Positions 24,554 to 36,665 of a DNA stretch of 64,000 bases are shown one piece after another. The notes beneath the pieces were generated by a model. The model saw nothing but the letters and a program-made list of their open reading frames with translations. It was not told the origin of the DNA and did not search any database. Numbering within the stretch: the stretch's first letter is position 1; each line of letters starts with the position of its first letter. The translations under genes were made by a program, and so were the position numbers. The stretch comes from the human T2T-CHM13v2.0 reference genome, Homo sapiens. Where the stretch lies: NCBI RefSeq assembly GCF_009914755.1, contig NC_060925.1. One strand, 5' to 3'.

Positions 24554-25939
24554 GTGAGTGGTTAGGTAAAGCAAATAATAACCATAGTCAAATAATGTCC
24601 CTATAACTACAAGCTGTTGAAAAACTCTTAATTGGAACTACAAACTCCTGATTCAGGAAACTATAAAAAGAAGAAAGTAAATAAGTATCTGGAATTTCAA
24701 ATCAAAATAGTATTATTTGCTTATTTCAAAGCAAGTTTATTCTATAAATCCAGGAGTTGGGTGCATTTATCTTTAAAGTATCAGATAGTAAATTAATGAG
24801 ATAGCTTTGCCACAGCTTCCCCTGAAGTGATAGTATCCTAGAACTGGCAGATTGTTTTTCTAGAAAGTTTAGCAAGGATATTTTTACAACGTTCCCAAAA
24901 TTATTCAGTTCAGAATTTATATAGAAGTCACATTAAGACTAGTTTAGAGTAGAATTACTGAAAGGAATTAGCTGCTTATATGGCAAAAAATATCACCAAC
25001 ATGGAGGTGAATAGCTCACTCTTGCCTTGCAAAAATGGATGTAATCGTTTTGTTACACAACTTCCTGCCCCAATTCAGCCAAATTTTCCTGCCAACAGAA
25101 CCAGAGTGTGGGCCTGTGGGACTCTCTAAGTTGGGACTCCCTGGATCCCTTAGCTTCTGTTTCTTCACAAGCAAGCCTCAGAGCCCAGTGCAGTAAACAT
25201 ATAATAAAACAAAGCTCTGCTGCAATTGAAACAACAGAGCATGCATAGCAAATTAATTTAAATAAAGCATGTCAAATATTTGCTTCACTTTAAATTCATA
25301 AAATGCCATTTCATTAAATTGTGTTTTCATTTATGTCAGGCAACTGTCATGCCAAAGCTATTTTTTATTATTTTAGAAGTTGGAAAATGTAGGAAAATAC
25401 ACTTTTAGAATAAAATACTGTCATGATAAAGACATGAGCCCTGTAATATTTGATTTGATAGAGGAATGATGGATTGTGAAGTCTAAGGTTTTATTGTACT
25501 GCAATTAGAATAAACATTCATGAAAGGTCTCTACATTCCCTCTATGATGACCCTGTGACAACTGCCATTTGGCGCCTCTGAGAAGTAACATTCCTGACTC
25601 TCATGACTCAAGCACATCTTGCAGTGAGAGGCAGGGGTCTGAGCAGGCTGGGATCAAGACAGGGATGCTAAGGAAAATAAGAAGCCCTGCCTGAAAGGGA
25701 AGTTAATTTGTGAGTCATGGAGCCACTACTTCTAACTCCTGGGACTGCTTCTCACACTGACAAATCTCTCAGTTCCCCTTTCCTTCCCCTGACCCGTAGT
25801 GAGGTGATCACGGACTCTTCTTCCAGAAAGGCACAACAGTCCTGAGTTTTGGAGCTCTCTCCTGGCATTGTTTCCTGGTACACAATGACTTCTCACTAAG
25901 CATGATATTATTACATTACTTTTTGAAGAACAAGACTTC

Positions 25940-26070
25940 TCATTCATTGCTAAAGTCAACAACACATATTGGGTAACCACTGTGATCCAGCACTTTAATA
26001 GGTGCTACAGCTATAGGATGATTGAGATAGAATCTCTTGACTCTGGAAGAACTTATGGTCTAGTAGGTCG
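25940..26070 (-). mobile_element. L2 3' fragment
   Basis: tcaacaacacatattgggtaaccactgtg...taggtgct...gaacttatggtctagt. Confidence 0.5.
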
Positions 26071-26544
26071 AAATATTCATTAAAAAAATTCCAACATAAA
26101 TGGATGTGGCATTCACTCCTAGAACATATCTCCTTGGAAGAGAACTCTCTTCACCCTAGAAAGAAGCATGTAAAAGGGCCAGAACTATCTGGGGAAAGTG
26201 AGCCATTTAGAAGGAGGAGCACCCTCTCCAAAGGAGTTAAGATCCGTGACCATTTCAAGTAGGCAGGAGAGGCATCATCTTGAGGATTTCACTAAAACTA
26301 GTATTTCAATGAGACTGATTCTAAGTGTAAATTAGAAATATTTTAAAAATCTTTATCAGACACTCAAAGTCACAAGGTTTTCTTTTTTTATTCTCTGGCT
26401 ATTGGGGAAAAGCAATTTTAAAAATATAGGATAGCAACTCTTAGTAGACTCTTTTGGTATCTACCAAACAAGTGATGACTTCTTTCCTCTAGAATTATCC
26501 TCCCTCCAACATATCCCTATGGAGATGGAGAGATGAGTACTATA

Positions 26545-26930
26545 ACCCCAGGCCCCTGAACCTGGTGAAAACAGCTGACCTGACTTGGGTCAGTCATATT
26601 CTCTGCCTAGGAATTTAGAATGGAGACTAAAAGAGTGCTAATCTGTCTTCAGTGTCCAGAGGAAAAGCACCTTTAAGAGTTGTGCAGAGTCCATCACATG
26701 CATGAAAACACAGAAGACAGTGTAGGTCATCAAGAGAAGCAGAAATGAGAGATGGAGAGAGCACATCGTGGGTTCCTGGAAACGCATTAGTTCCTGGGGT
26801 CAGTCCCTTCCCAACACGTGCCCTTTGCTTTTTTGTTCTGCAAGATACCCATGGATCCTGCAACACACTTCCCCTTTTAGGTAAGCCAGCTCCAGTTGGT
26901 TTCTGTAACTTGCAACCAGAAGTTCTCTGG
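26545..26930 (+). mobile_element. MLT1K/MLT1L-like solo LTR, degraded
   Basis: gagaagcagaaatgagagatggagaga...ttccccttttaggtaagccagctccagttggtttctgtaacttgcaacc 3' end. Confidence 0.6.
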
Positions 26931-26994
26931 TTTAGGTATAGTCCAGCCTAAATGACTGAATGGACCAAGGCATCAGCCATTTCCTCACTTGGAT

Positions 26995-27135
26995 GCTATA
27001 GAATTTCAGGTCAGTATGGTTCCCTGGCCCCAACTTACACCTACTGAATCTGAATCGCCTAGGGTAAGGGTCCAGGAAACCACATTTTGTAATAAGTTCT
27101 TAGGATGTTCTGTTGGGTTGCCAGGTTTTAAATTG
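26995..27135. mobile_element. MER5A fragment
   Basis: cctggcccca...cctactgaatctgaatc...gggtccaggaa...cattttgtaataag. Confidence 0.6.
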
Positions 27136-27827
27136 GTGGATAACATGGTAATCCTTGTAATGGGATTCCTGCTGTGTATCAAGTGCTTCTGCGTGGGCTG
27201 TCTCTCTGTCTTCCCCACTACACTGTGCTGTAGGCGTTATTTATTGGGGGAAATGTTGATTCATCTCCTGATGTTTCCTCCCATATGGAGGCAGCTCTCT
27301 GAGCTATAACTCTCCTGTCTCATCTCCATCCCCTTATTCACTAGTGATCTACCTGCTTGCAAAGTTTGGAAAAAGAAATCGAACACATGTAGTCTAGGTT
27401 CTTCTTCTTCCTTTTTGGAGTTGGTCTGCCTGCAGAGAGCAGGTGCTCTCAGATGCACTCCTCCTTCCTAGAAATCCCTCTCCACATGCTCTGTCCCTGC
27501 CTGCAGGGGGCTGCAGGGGAGGGACCCTCCCCAGTGCAGTGCTGCTGCGACTGGGTAGGAAGAAGCCCTCCTCATCTCAAGGTTCAATGTTATAGGTGCA
27601 GGCAAAAGTAACATCATCAAATATCAGTTTACCAATGTGAAATCTAGGTCTCTACCTGGCTCCCTTCTTTTTCTTACATTTCTATTTGTTCAGAGCTCTG
27701 ACAGGGAAGAGGGGTGCTATTGACTGGGCTCCTCAGGACCCCTTCCTTATTACGTGTTTCCAGATAAAATCATTTTTCAACACCAGAGTCTAAGCTCTTT
27801 CCTCTGCCTGCTCAGGGAACCTCTGGA

Positions 27828-27995
27828 GAGGGCTTCTCAAACTCACTGCACATGCACATCTAATCCGCGGAAAATTTGTGAAAATGTAGATTCTGATTCT
27901 GAAGGTCTGGGATGGGTTTGGAGTATCTGCATTTCTAAAAAGCTTCCAGGTGACTCTGATGTCACCATTGGAAGGTCCACACTGGACCCATGAGG
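27828..27995. mobile_element. MER5B/MER5A
   Basis: cttctcaaact...aaaatgtagattctgattc...ggtctggg...tctgcatttctaaaaagcttccaggtga. Confidence 0.78.
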
Positions 27996-28037
27996 TTATG
28001 TAAAGGATCACTTCCAGAGGTCCAGAGTCATATAAGT

Positions 28038-28522
28038 TGTGATGGGCAGAATAATGACGCCTCAAAGACATCCATACCTTAGTCTCTGGAATCTGTGAAT
28101 ATGCTACCTTATATAGCTAAGGGGACTTAAGGTTGCTCATCAGCTGACCTTAAAATAGGGAGATTAACCTGATGAACTGGGTATTCCTAGTGTAATCACA
28201 AGGGTCCCTAAAAGTGGAAGAGGGAGGCAAAAGAGGAAATCAGAGTGATGCTATGTGAGAACTCCATCAGCCATTGCTGGCTTTGATATGGAGGAAGAGG
28301 ACACCAGCCAAAGAGCATGGGTAGCCTGTACCCTGCATGGAAAATGCAAGAAAACATGTTCTCCCCGAGAGCCTCCAGAAAGAATGCAGCCCTGCCAACA
28401 CCTTGGCAAAAGCTCAGTGTGACCTGTGTCTGACCTACAGAGCAGTAAGATAATACATTTTTATTGTTTTCAGCCACGAAGTCTGTGGTCATCTGTTATG
28501 GCATCAACAGGAAACCAATACA
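28038..28522 (+). mobile_element. MLT1D solo LTR
   Basis: tgtgatgggcagaataatg...ctgtgaatatg...cagctgaccttaaaatagggagatta...gccattgctggctttga...gagcctccagaaagaatgcagccctgccaacacc...aataca. Confidence 0.9.
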
Positions 28523-29204
28523 CAGATACATCCCTTCCAGCAGCTGGACTATTCAACCAGGGAACCATGGTTCCCAGGGAAACAGTCTGAGAAGTTTTTG
28601 TGTAGGGAGATGCTTGGTAAAAACGTAGTGTACCTTGATGAAAAAGTCTACAGTTTTAAATGCCAAAACTACTAGACTGAGTGAATAGGACCAACTAATG
28701 CCTGAACAGGCTTGATTTTAAGTTAAGTGAGCATGACGAGCACGTTGTTAAAAACTCAGACCTGATTAAATCTCTGATGAAGCACAGCATGATAAATGCC
28801 AGGCGACCACAGCTCTGTGAAAACCAAATGCAGTGTGCAGAGCGGGGGAGATTTCCTGTGGGGCTGGATGACTGCCCCTGAGGAAGGCAACATGGTCACC
28901 ACATGGTTTGTGCTAATAGTGGTTTCCTGCTGCAGGGAAACATCTCGTCCATGCTACCCAGTCTATTTTTTTTCAGATAAAGAGTGGGAGGATAAAGAAG
29001 TTGCGATGGTGTCACTTACTGTGGGGAGACCAACTCGTTCCGGGCCAAGTCTTCACCAACTGAATGTCAGGTTATGAAAATAAACTTTTAAAATGCTTCT
29101 GCCCAGAGCTGGAGAATGGAAGTGTGGCTGCTGGAATTAGCATAAATCATGTGATCGGGTGTATTTATTTATTCAGTCATTATTTCTTGTATTCTGTCAT
29201 TGGC

Positions 29205-29780
29205 CCATTCATTCATCAAATATTTGCTATGCATCTACCCTATGCCCAGCCTTGACAATATAAGGTGAAACACTGTGTAGTCTTACTCTCAAGGAGATGT
29301 CAATCTAGTTGAAGAGAAAGATCTGTGCTCCCGCATATAGTATTGAATGCTCTGTTCAATAATTGAGCTCTGCCCTCAGATGCTAAGGAAACATGGGCGC
29401 CTAATTCAGTCTAGGTTTGGGGGTAAAGAGGGAGTCAGAGAGGGTTTGAGGAGGAGGCAATGTTCAGGATGAACTTTAAAAGGAGAGAATTAGTTTGGAG
29501 CAGGCATTCTAGTGCAAGGAACAACATGGCACTATGAAAGAGCATAGAACATTCTGGACTTGGGTGTGGCCAGAATACAGGGTGCATTCCTATAGGGGTC
29601 TAAGAAGAGATGAGGCTGGAAAGACAAGCCTGGTCCTGAATTGTTGTGCATTCCTTGCTAAGAAAGTGAGAACAGTGAAAATGGTTAGTGAGTGTTAGGC
29701 AGGGATGTGAACAGCCACCAGGGTGCTGTGGGGAAAGTGTCCTGACAGGAGGGAGTCTGGATGCAGGTAGGCCAGATGGG
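29205..29780 (-). mobile_element. L2 3' portion
   Basis: cattcattcatcaaatatttg...gcattctagtgcaaggaacaacatg...agatgaggctggaaag...gagtctggatgcagg. Confidence 0.7.
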
Positions 29781-31017
29781 AACAAAGGGAATTTCAGAGT
29801 CTGAATGGGGCTACAGGCATGGATGCTCTTTTTAAGGAAAGACTCACCTTAGGACTAAACTAAAGTGTATTCTAAATTGGGATGAGGGCTTCAAAATGTA
29901 TCCAGCTCACTTGAAAAAGTATGAAGAAAATAGTAGGAAAGTGGCAAACCTGGAAGGTTCTTGTTGGTGGCTGCAATATGTTCTTTAAGCTCCAAAAGAA
30001 TTTGTGGACTAAGAATGGATGGATGTGAGGACTGTTTAATATCCAATTTTATATTGTTGCTGTCTGTTGTGATTATAGGCTTGGCTCTTGGTTTTTTATT
30101 CAGAACCATTTATTCAGAAAATTTCTTATTCAGAATTCAAGTTTATTCCTCATTAATTCAGTAGTGGCTTTCTGTAACGTAGTGATTGAATTACCTAATA
30201 GCACCTGCCTGAAATGATTAACATAAGAGGAAGCCATGGGGTTGTATTTGATACAAATGATTTGTTTCCTGAAGTTGTAATTTTATTAAAGGGGGACTCA
30301 GTGAACCACCTTTGCAAATGAGGCAAGGTCCTGGTTTCCGCAAGGTACCTGGAAGGTTAATGAATGATTAGCAGCTAACAAATGACAGCGTGGCCCAGGA
30401 GGAAAGTGGCACTTCTCAAGTGGTGGGTCAGCATCCTGGAAAAATGAGGAATGGTTTCTAAGGGACTGTGTGGTCCATTTCCTGATAAGGTTGGGGACCA
30501 AGGAGAGAGGGAGAAATGACCGTGCTCATGATATCGCTCCCTGACACAGCCTCAATCTAATTGCTTGAACCATTCCCATATGGATCAAGCAGGGGTTGAA
30601 CTTCTCCACTCCCTTCTGGGTTTCTGTTTCTCTGAAACAGATCCAGGCAGACTGATGCCAGCAGGACCTGAGCTTTTCCAAAGTGACTATGGCAGTATGC
30701 TAGGATCTTTCAGTTAGCTGCTGATTTAAGAGTTTGAGTCGGAGGGAACAGGAAGAATTAGGGCACTATCTATTAATAAATATTCTATTATTTTGTTCAG
30801 AAATTGAAAAAATACATTTTATTTGTAGTGCATTTTTTAGTAATTATGCCTGTTTTCTTTGTTGATAGAAGAATAAACATGTGGACATGTGCACAACTTA
30901 TATGTCATATAAGGACAGAGATAATTTGTACTTCCCAAGACATAAATTGAATATTTTCATGATTTTGACACTTTTTAATCCCTGAGAATTCTGAAGCACA
31001 AATTAGTACATCTGAAA

Positions 31018-31020
<3 letters not shown>

Positions 31021-31074
<54 letters not shown>
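31021..31074 (+). repeat. (GA)n microsatellite
   Basis: (GA)21 AA (GA)5. Confidence 0.97.
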
Positions 31075-31539
31075 CCTTCAAATACAGCACAGTGGTGCCA
31101 ACCCCTCACCTCTAAATCCATATCCATCCCCACAAGTAGAGGTGCTGAAATATCTTTTCTGGACACTTTCCCCTACCTCCCCCCAACATTTCCTCCTCTG
31201 CTCTTCTCACATATGCTTCAGCTCCTGTACTGCTTTATCTTTATATTCCAGAAAAAAATAGGGGCCTGTGGCTCAGTGCTGCCTATCGCCATAGTGGTAT
31301 TCTAGGAGTTCTTTTCTGGGAGACTGTGTAAGTCAATTGTGTGACTTCACAGGGGAAAAGTACACCCATGTGCAGATGGAGGAATAGGCAGGTGGAGGAT
31401 GATTTTTTTCTACCCATATTCCACTGTGAGGACTGATCTCAAAAGTTTGGTTTGTCCTACTCCCAGGAAATATGCCTTCCCTACCTCTTCCCTAATCTTC
31501 TCCTTATAAGGGACACAGGTTGGCATTTAGGCAGTTGAA

Positions 31540-31665
31540 AAAATGGAATAATCTCAGGGGAATTTTTTAAAATACAGATTCCTAGGCCAGTCCCCAATGG
31601 ATAGAATTGGACTCGCCATGAGGTGAGACCTACGAATCTGTATTTTTGTAAAAGCTGTCCTATTG
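31540..31665. mobile_element. MER5A fragment
   Basis: tttttaaaatacagattcctaggcc...gaatctgtatttttgtaaaagct. Confidence 0.65.
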
Positions 31666-32399
31666 GTTTTGGTTTTAGTATAGTTAGTCAAAAAGGTAGC
31701 ATTTAGGTCCCAGAGGCAGAGAACCTGTGTTTCATACACACTTCCTTGCACAGATGATAAGTTTCTTTAGCTGACTCTGATCCCTTTATTTGCTGTGCGT
31801 CTTGCTCACATCTCCACATGTGTGATGTGGGTCTGGGATCATTTGTCTGTTTTTAGCTAGTCTACCCACTGTGCATGTTTCCAGGCTGCTCAGCACGGAA
31901 ACACCAGCAGCACTGGAGATCCTAGTGCATACCCATTCCCTAGGTTCCTTCCCAGAGCCCAGTGTGCTAGACAAGCACAAGAAAGAACTGCAGAGCCTTG
32001 GAGAAACAAGCTTCTAATTCTCTACTTAGGAGGAGTGTTGATGGTTTAAGTAAATAAATAAATAAATAAATATCCCCTTCATTCATTCACTTCTTCTGAA
32101 AACTCACAGATTTCCCAGATATTACATTGAAATATAATACTTCTGTAAGCAGTTGTGTTTACACATCTGTAATCATGTGTATTGTCATGACTTAAGAACA
32201 AAATTTAGATTGCAAGCTTGAATTGCTGCTTCTGCTAGGTCTGTTCATCCTGGATTGGCTCATGCACAACAAATGCCTTGTACAAGCAAGAGCAGCTGCA
32301 TTAAGCCAAGTCACCCACAGGGCCAGGTCTAGTGAACGTCTCTCAGACTGTGCAGTCTTGGGACACACAAATATGTCCACACAGGTCTGTCCTCGATCC

Positions 32400-33660
32400 C
32401 ATCCCCATTCCTCCTCTCATGTCTCCCCCTACAGTCCTAAATACCATCACAAGGCTCCTGATTTTCATGGGGTCATCATCTTTTCCATTAATGTCATTAT
32501 CATATTCCAGGGTCCATTAGAACTCCTGCTGTAATGAGAACTTTGGGTGCAGCTGTTCATTACTTTCCTGGTCACCCACAGCTCTAGTTGTCATGATGAA
32601 TGCTCTGCATACAATTCTCACCTGTATCACACAGTCCCTCTTGCTGCCATTAAGATGATCATCTTTTTCCCCCCATTCTGTAGTCATCACCTCATTATAA
32701 CTCCATTACCTTTTAGCATCATCTACATTATAACTCCATTATCTTTCACATAGCCACCATTACCTCCCTTATCGCCCCCTCTACATTTCGGTTGCCCTCA
32801 CCTTCTCCTTTACAGCCACCAGCTTTTCAATTACAGGTCCATTATCTTTATTATTACCTCAGTTACAATCATAATTGCTACCATAACAAATTTCAATGTC
32901 TTTATCCACCCCTCTGCCATGCAAGAACCTGGCCACCTTTGATAAAGCTACAGGCATCTCTATTATACACTGGACATGTAGTCCAACATCTCCATTAATG
33001 TTAGAATTCCCTTCTTTTCTTCCACCAAATCATGTTAACTACAAAATTCTGCCACTTTCTACAGCAATTTCACTATTGCCATTGTCACTCTTATTTACAA
33101 CTCACTCCTTCATCCTCATTTCTCTTTCTGTAACAGCCAGACAGTAATAATCCTCATCTTAAAGACACAAACACAGTCCTCTGTTACAGTTACCGCTCTG
33201 ACTCTAAGAATTCTAACTACCAATGTCTTCCTTAAGGCAATTCAAGACCATACTAATATAACTGCAGTGCATACCGGCATTTCTGATCTTCCAGTGTGTG
33301 TGTTCAGGGGAAGGAAATTGTTTACAATTGTCCTGTGTTATCCATTAAATTTTGAGCTCATGGTGGACTAGACCTCATTTCCTTCCAAGAGCACTTAGCA
33401 TCTGGACAAAGTTAGCATTCAGCAGGTGTGGTTGATTGAAGGACCAAAAATGCATCACCATGCTTCCTTTATCTTTACACTTGCAGTCTATTGCTGTTGC
33501 ATTGATCACTATCAAAACCTCATCAATATACTCTTTACCATTTCATTACCTCAAGCTCTTCCTCTTCATGGAGAGATGCATCTGCTCTTCCATTTCTTGG
33601 CCATTATCACAATAATTATCACAGCTTCAATTGCAGTGGCTCCATTACAATTCATTACCT
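32400..33660 (+). repeat. Degenerate G-poor (CAT/CAC/TTA)-type low-complexity tract
   Basis: Recurrent ccatta/catcac/attacc words. Exact 16-mer CATTATAACTCCATTA at 32693-32708 and 32726-32741. Confidence 0.5.
33325..33442 (+). mobile_element. L2 3' end
   Basis: ttttgagctc...agcacttagcatctggaca...cattcagcaggtgtggttgattgaa. Confidence 0.5.
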
Positions 33661-33859
33661 CTTCTGATGAAGGAGAGATAGGTTGCTCTACAGGGGTGCC
33701 CTGCTTTCCTTTCAGAACAGCCCTCAGCTCCCACAAGGAATAGTGGTCTCTTTGCCACCAAAACTATTGTGATTTCTCCCCTAACATGCTTTCATCATTG
33801 CACAAGTGATATTTACACCCTAACTTGGAAGTGACAAGATTCAACTTACAAAAGCCTGC

Positions 33860-34252
33860 CTGATTTCCTTCCTGGTGTCTGGCTGTATGGTCTTGGATAA
33901 ATCATTCAGGGTAGTGCTTGTGTGAAGGAGCCCTGGACTCAAACTACTTGGGTTCAAATCCCTGTTCTTCCACTTACTAAGCTGTTTGAATTCATGCAAA
34001 TTATTTAGCTTTCCTGCACGGATTTTCTTATCTATAAAATGGAGATAGTAATATTTCCTACTATCGTTGGTTGTTAAGAGAAGTAAATGAGCGAATAAAC
34101 ATAAAGTAATCAAAAAGTGCTTAGCATATAGAAAGCACTTGATAAATCTTAACTCCTCTCAGGACTCTATTTTTTCCCTAGCTTGAGAATGAGGGTTGAG
34201 GTAGACTGAGCTCTAAAGTCCTAGGCTGAACATTTGATGGGTCTGTGATTCT
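33860..34252 (+). mobile_element. MIR3/MIRc host split by a nested near-full-length MIR (33905-34148)
   Basis: Host ggctgtatggtcttggataaatc|ttaactcctctc...gagggttgaggtagactgagctctaaagtcc...tgattct. Insert gggttcaaatcc...cacttactaagctgt...tctataaaatggagatagtaata. Confidence 0.7.
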
Positions 34253-34674
34253 GGTATCAGATGAACAGAGTTCTGGCAGAATCCTTACATTACAATTCTT
34301 AAATCATCTCCCAGCTTTATTGTTCTCTGCTGACTCAGCAGAGAAGCGTGGCACTCCCTTGGCCCATGGCCACCGTTGTTCTGCACTGGGGCTGATTTCC
34401 AGGCATTTTCTTCCTCAGGCCTAACAAACAACTTGCTGTGGTTTTGCCACTGCTGGACTTAGCCACATACTCGTATATTCACCCTGCCACCTGGCCAACT
34501 TCACAAATAGCCCTGCTCTGTTTTTCCATATTAAACAATGCTGAGCCTTCTCAGGTGGCACTTGAACATGTCCAACTTTAATGTTGGAGCTATCCAATCA
34601 GTCAGGGCTGCTCCAGGCCACATAGCCAAGGATACAGAGTTTGATTCTGGCTTTGTTGCATTGTGATTTTCCTG

Positions 34675-34720
34675 CTCTTCTCTCTCTCTCTCTCTTTCTC
34701 TCTCTCCCTCTCTCCTCCCT
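34675..34720 (+). repeat. (CT)n imperfect microsatellite
   Basis: ctcttctctctctctctctctttctctctctccctctctcc. Confidence 0.85.
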
Positions 34721-36316
34721 TCTGGCTATATTTTCTCCCCTTCTTCTCCTCATTAGCCATCCACGTTCACCACTTGCATCCACCACCCTCAATCCTGTCT
34801 TTCCTAGCAGGGTGCCATGTTCTAAAATTATTTTTCCCTCTCGTTTCATCCTTATTTCTCCTCTTCTCTGCTTTTTCCTCCTTCTGTGGTCCTTAGACAG
34901 AAATTCTACTAACATAACCAGCATTCCATTGTGGATAAACAAGTCTCTCAGAGGACACCTACCTTTCTGAAGGGAAATCTGGAAGAGGCAACACCTTGAC
35001 AAGAACATACCTCAAATAGTAGGATTTCAGACAACCTGGCAGAACCGGTGTTACTCATTTGTTAGTTTGTGTCCTTTTCTTAAAATTGGGGTGGGGATGA
35101 GGATGGGATGGGGAGTAATTTGAGGGGCAGGAAGATTCCACTGTGCCAATCAAAACACATTTTGTTGGCGATATCCTGCTCTCCATAGAACCCTTCGAAA
35201 TGTATTTAATATATTGTCCTTACTTTACCAATCTCTTCATTTCTCACAGAGCCTCCTAGAACCTCCAGCTAATGAAGCCATCTCATTTGTTGTGGAGCTT
35301 CTGAGGGTTCTTTACACCCAATTGTTAGTCATACGAGAATTCAGTTGTCAATGGTCACTCTGAAGGGTGTGATGTTTTCAGTGTAAACAGCATTCCTCTC
35401 AAGTAAACATGAGGAAAAAGATGCCTCACTTTGTGATTACTGAGGCAACAAAACCCGACTGGCTCTGGTCCAATTCTGCGTAGATCACTGGGACCGCAGA
35501 AATATTTTCGGCCTCTAAATTGTTGGTCTTTGGCCAAGGCAATCCAAGGGTTGGCACAGGTGCCCAGGGAGATGTGAGTGGTAGCTGCTCTACCATCAAC
35601 ATCCTCAGAAACCTTTTCTGTTTTCTCTTCTCTTTCATCTCCTCCTTTTGTTCTTACTTTTTTCCTCTTACTTTTTTTCATAGTCTGAGGTGTCATGCTC
35701 ATTTGGCCTTCCTGGGTTTGTATCACCTCTATTTTCAAGGCCCAGCTCAATGATTGTGGCCTCTCCCATGAGGTTTTCTCTGGTCTCCTCCTCTCCCATG
35801 AACCCTGTGACACTTGCCCTGTTTCTGCTTTCACTACTGTAACACAGCCAATGCCAGGAAGTAGTATTTAGGGCTTGATTATATTGTCATGCACTGCTAT
35901 TTTGTTTGTTTCCTGGGTTTAGAATTGCCCTCTTGGATAAATTCTTAGCCCCTGGAGTGCAGCAAGCATGATACATACTTCTTTTGTGTGGACTGTGATG
36001 CATACTTTTATATTTGACACAAAAATTACTCAACAAAGACTTGCTTAACTATGCCTTCTACTCCTTTCTCTTAATTTTCCTTTAGCTGCCTTGCATTTCC
36101 TTTTATCCACCCCACTCCACTTCTCCTTTTTTTTTCTCCTGCCTAAATGCCACAGGCTGGCGGCACTCGAAGCCACTGCTTAAGTGTGCTGGATGCCATG
36201 TGGGCTTAGAAGATTTCTGACTCCTAGTTTCCTAGGAGCTAGGGATTGTGTCTAAGAGTGAAAACTCGGGTACCACAGTAGATAGGGCTAACTCATGGCC
36301 AAAGTCTTTTGGTTTG

Positions 36317-36576
36317 AAACATCGTATGTTCTCACTCATAAGTGGGAGCTAAGCTATGAGGATGCAAAGGCATAAGAATGACACAATGGACTTTGGACAC
36401 TCAGCATGAAAGTGTAGGAAGGAGATGGGGGATGAAAGACCACAAATTGGGTGCGGCATATACTGCTCAGGTGATGGGTGCCCCAAAATCTCACAAATCA
36501 CCACTAAAGAACTTACTCATGTAACCAAACATCACCTGTTCTCCAATAACCTATGGAAATAAAAAATAAAAAAAAA
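36317..36576 (+). mobile_element. L1PB1 3' end
   Basis: aaacatcgtatgttctcactcataagtgggagctaagctatgaggatgcaaaggcataagaatga...aaatcaccactaaagaacttactcatgtaacc...ctatggaaataaaaaa. Confidence 0.92.
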
Positions 36577-36665
36577 TTGCTTTCTTAAATAGAACTTATG
36601 CAAAACTACAATCTGTAGGCAAAACAATGAAGTTGACACAGTATGTAGTACTGGAGGAAAAAAAA
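36577..36665 (+). other. Putative L1-mediated 3' transduced segment plus second A-tail
   Basis: 81 nt of non-L1 sequence and A8, enclosed with the L1 between TSD-like 16-mers at 36301-36316 and 36665-36680 (13/16 identical). Confidence 0.6.

Noticed and set aside
28560-28575. Perfect 16-bp palindrome GGGAACCATGGTTCCC
   Set aside because: About one is expected by chance in 64 kb (64000/4^8).
35422-35501. Two neighbouring 7-bp stems (TGCCTCA/TGAGGCA and TTCTGCG/CGCAGAA)
   Set aside because: Short stems with unpaired interiors and no ncRNA boxes; insufficient for a structured RNA call.
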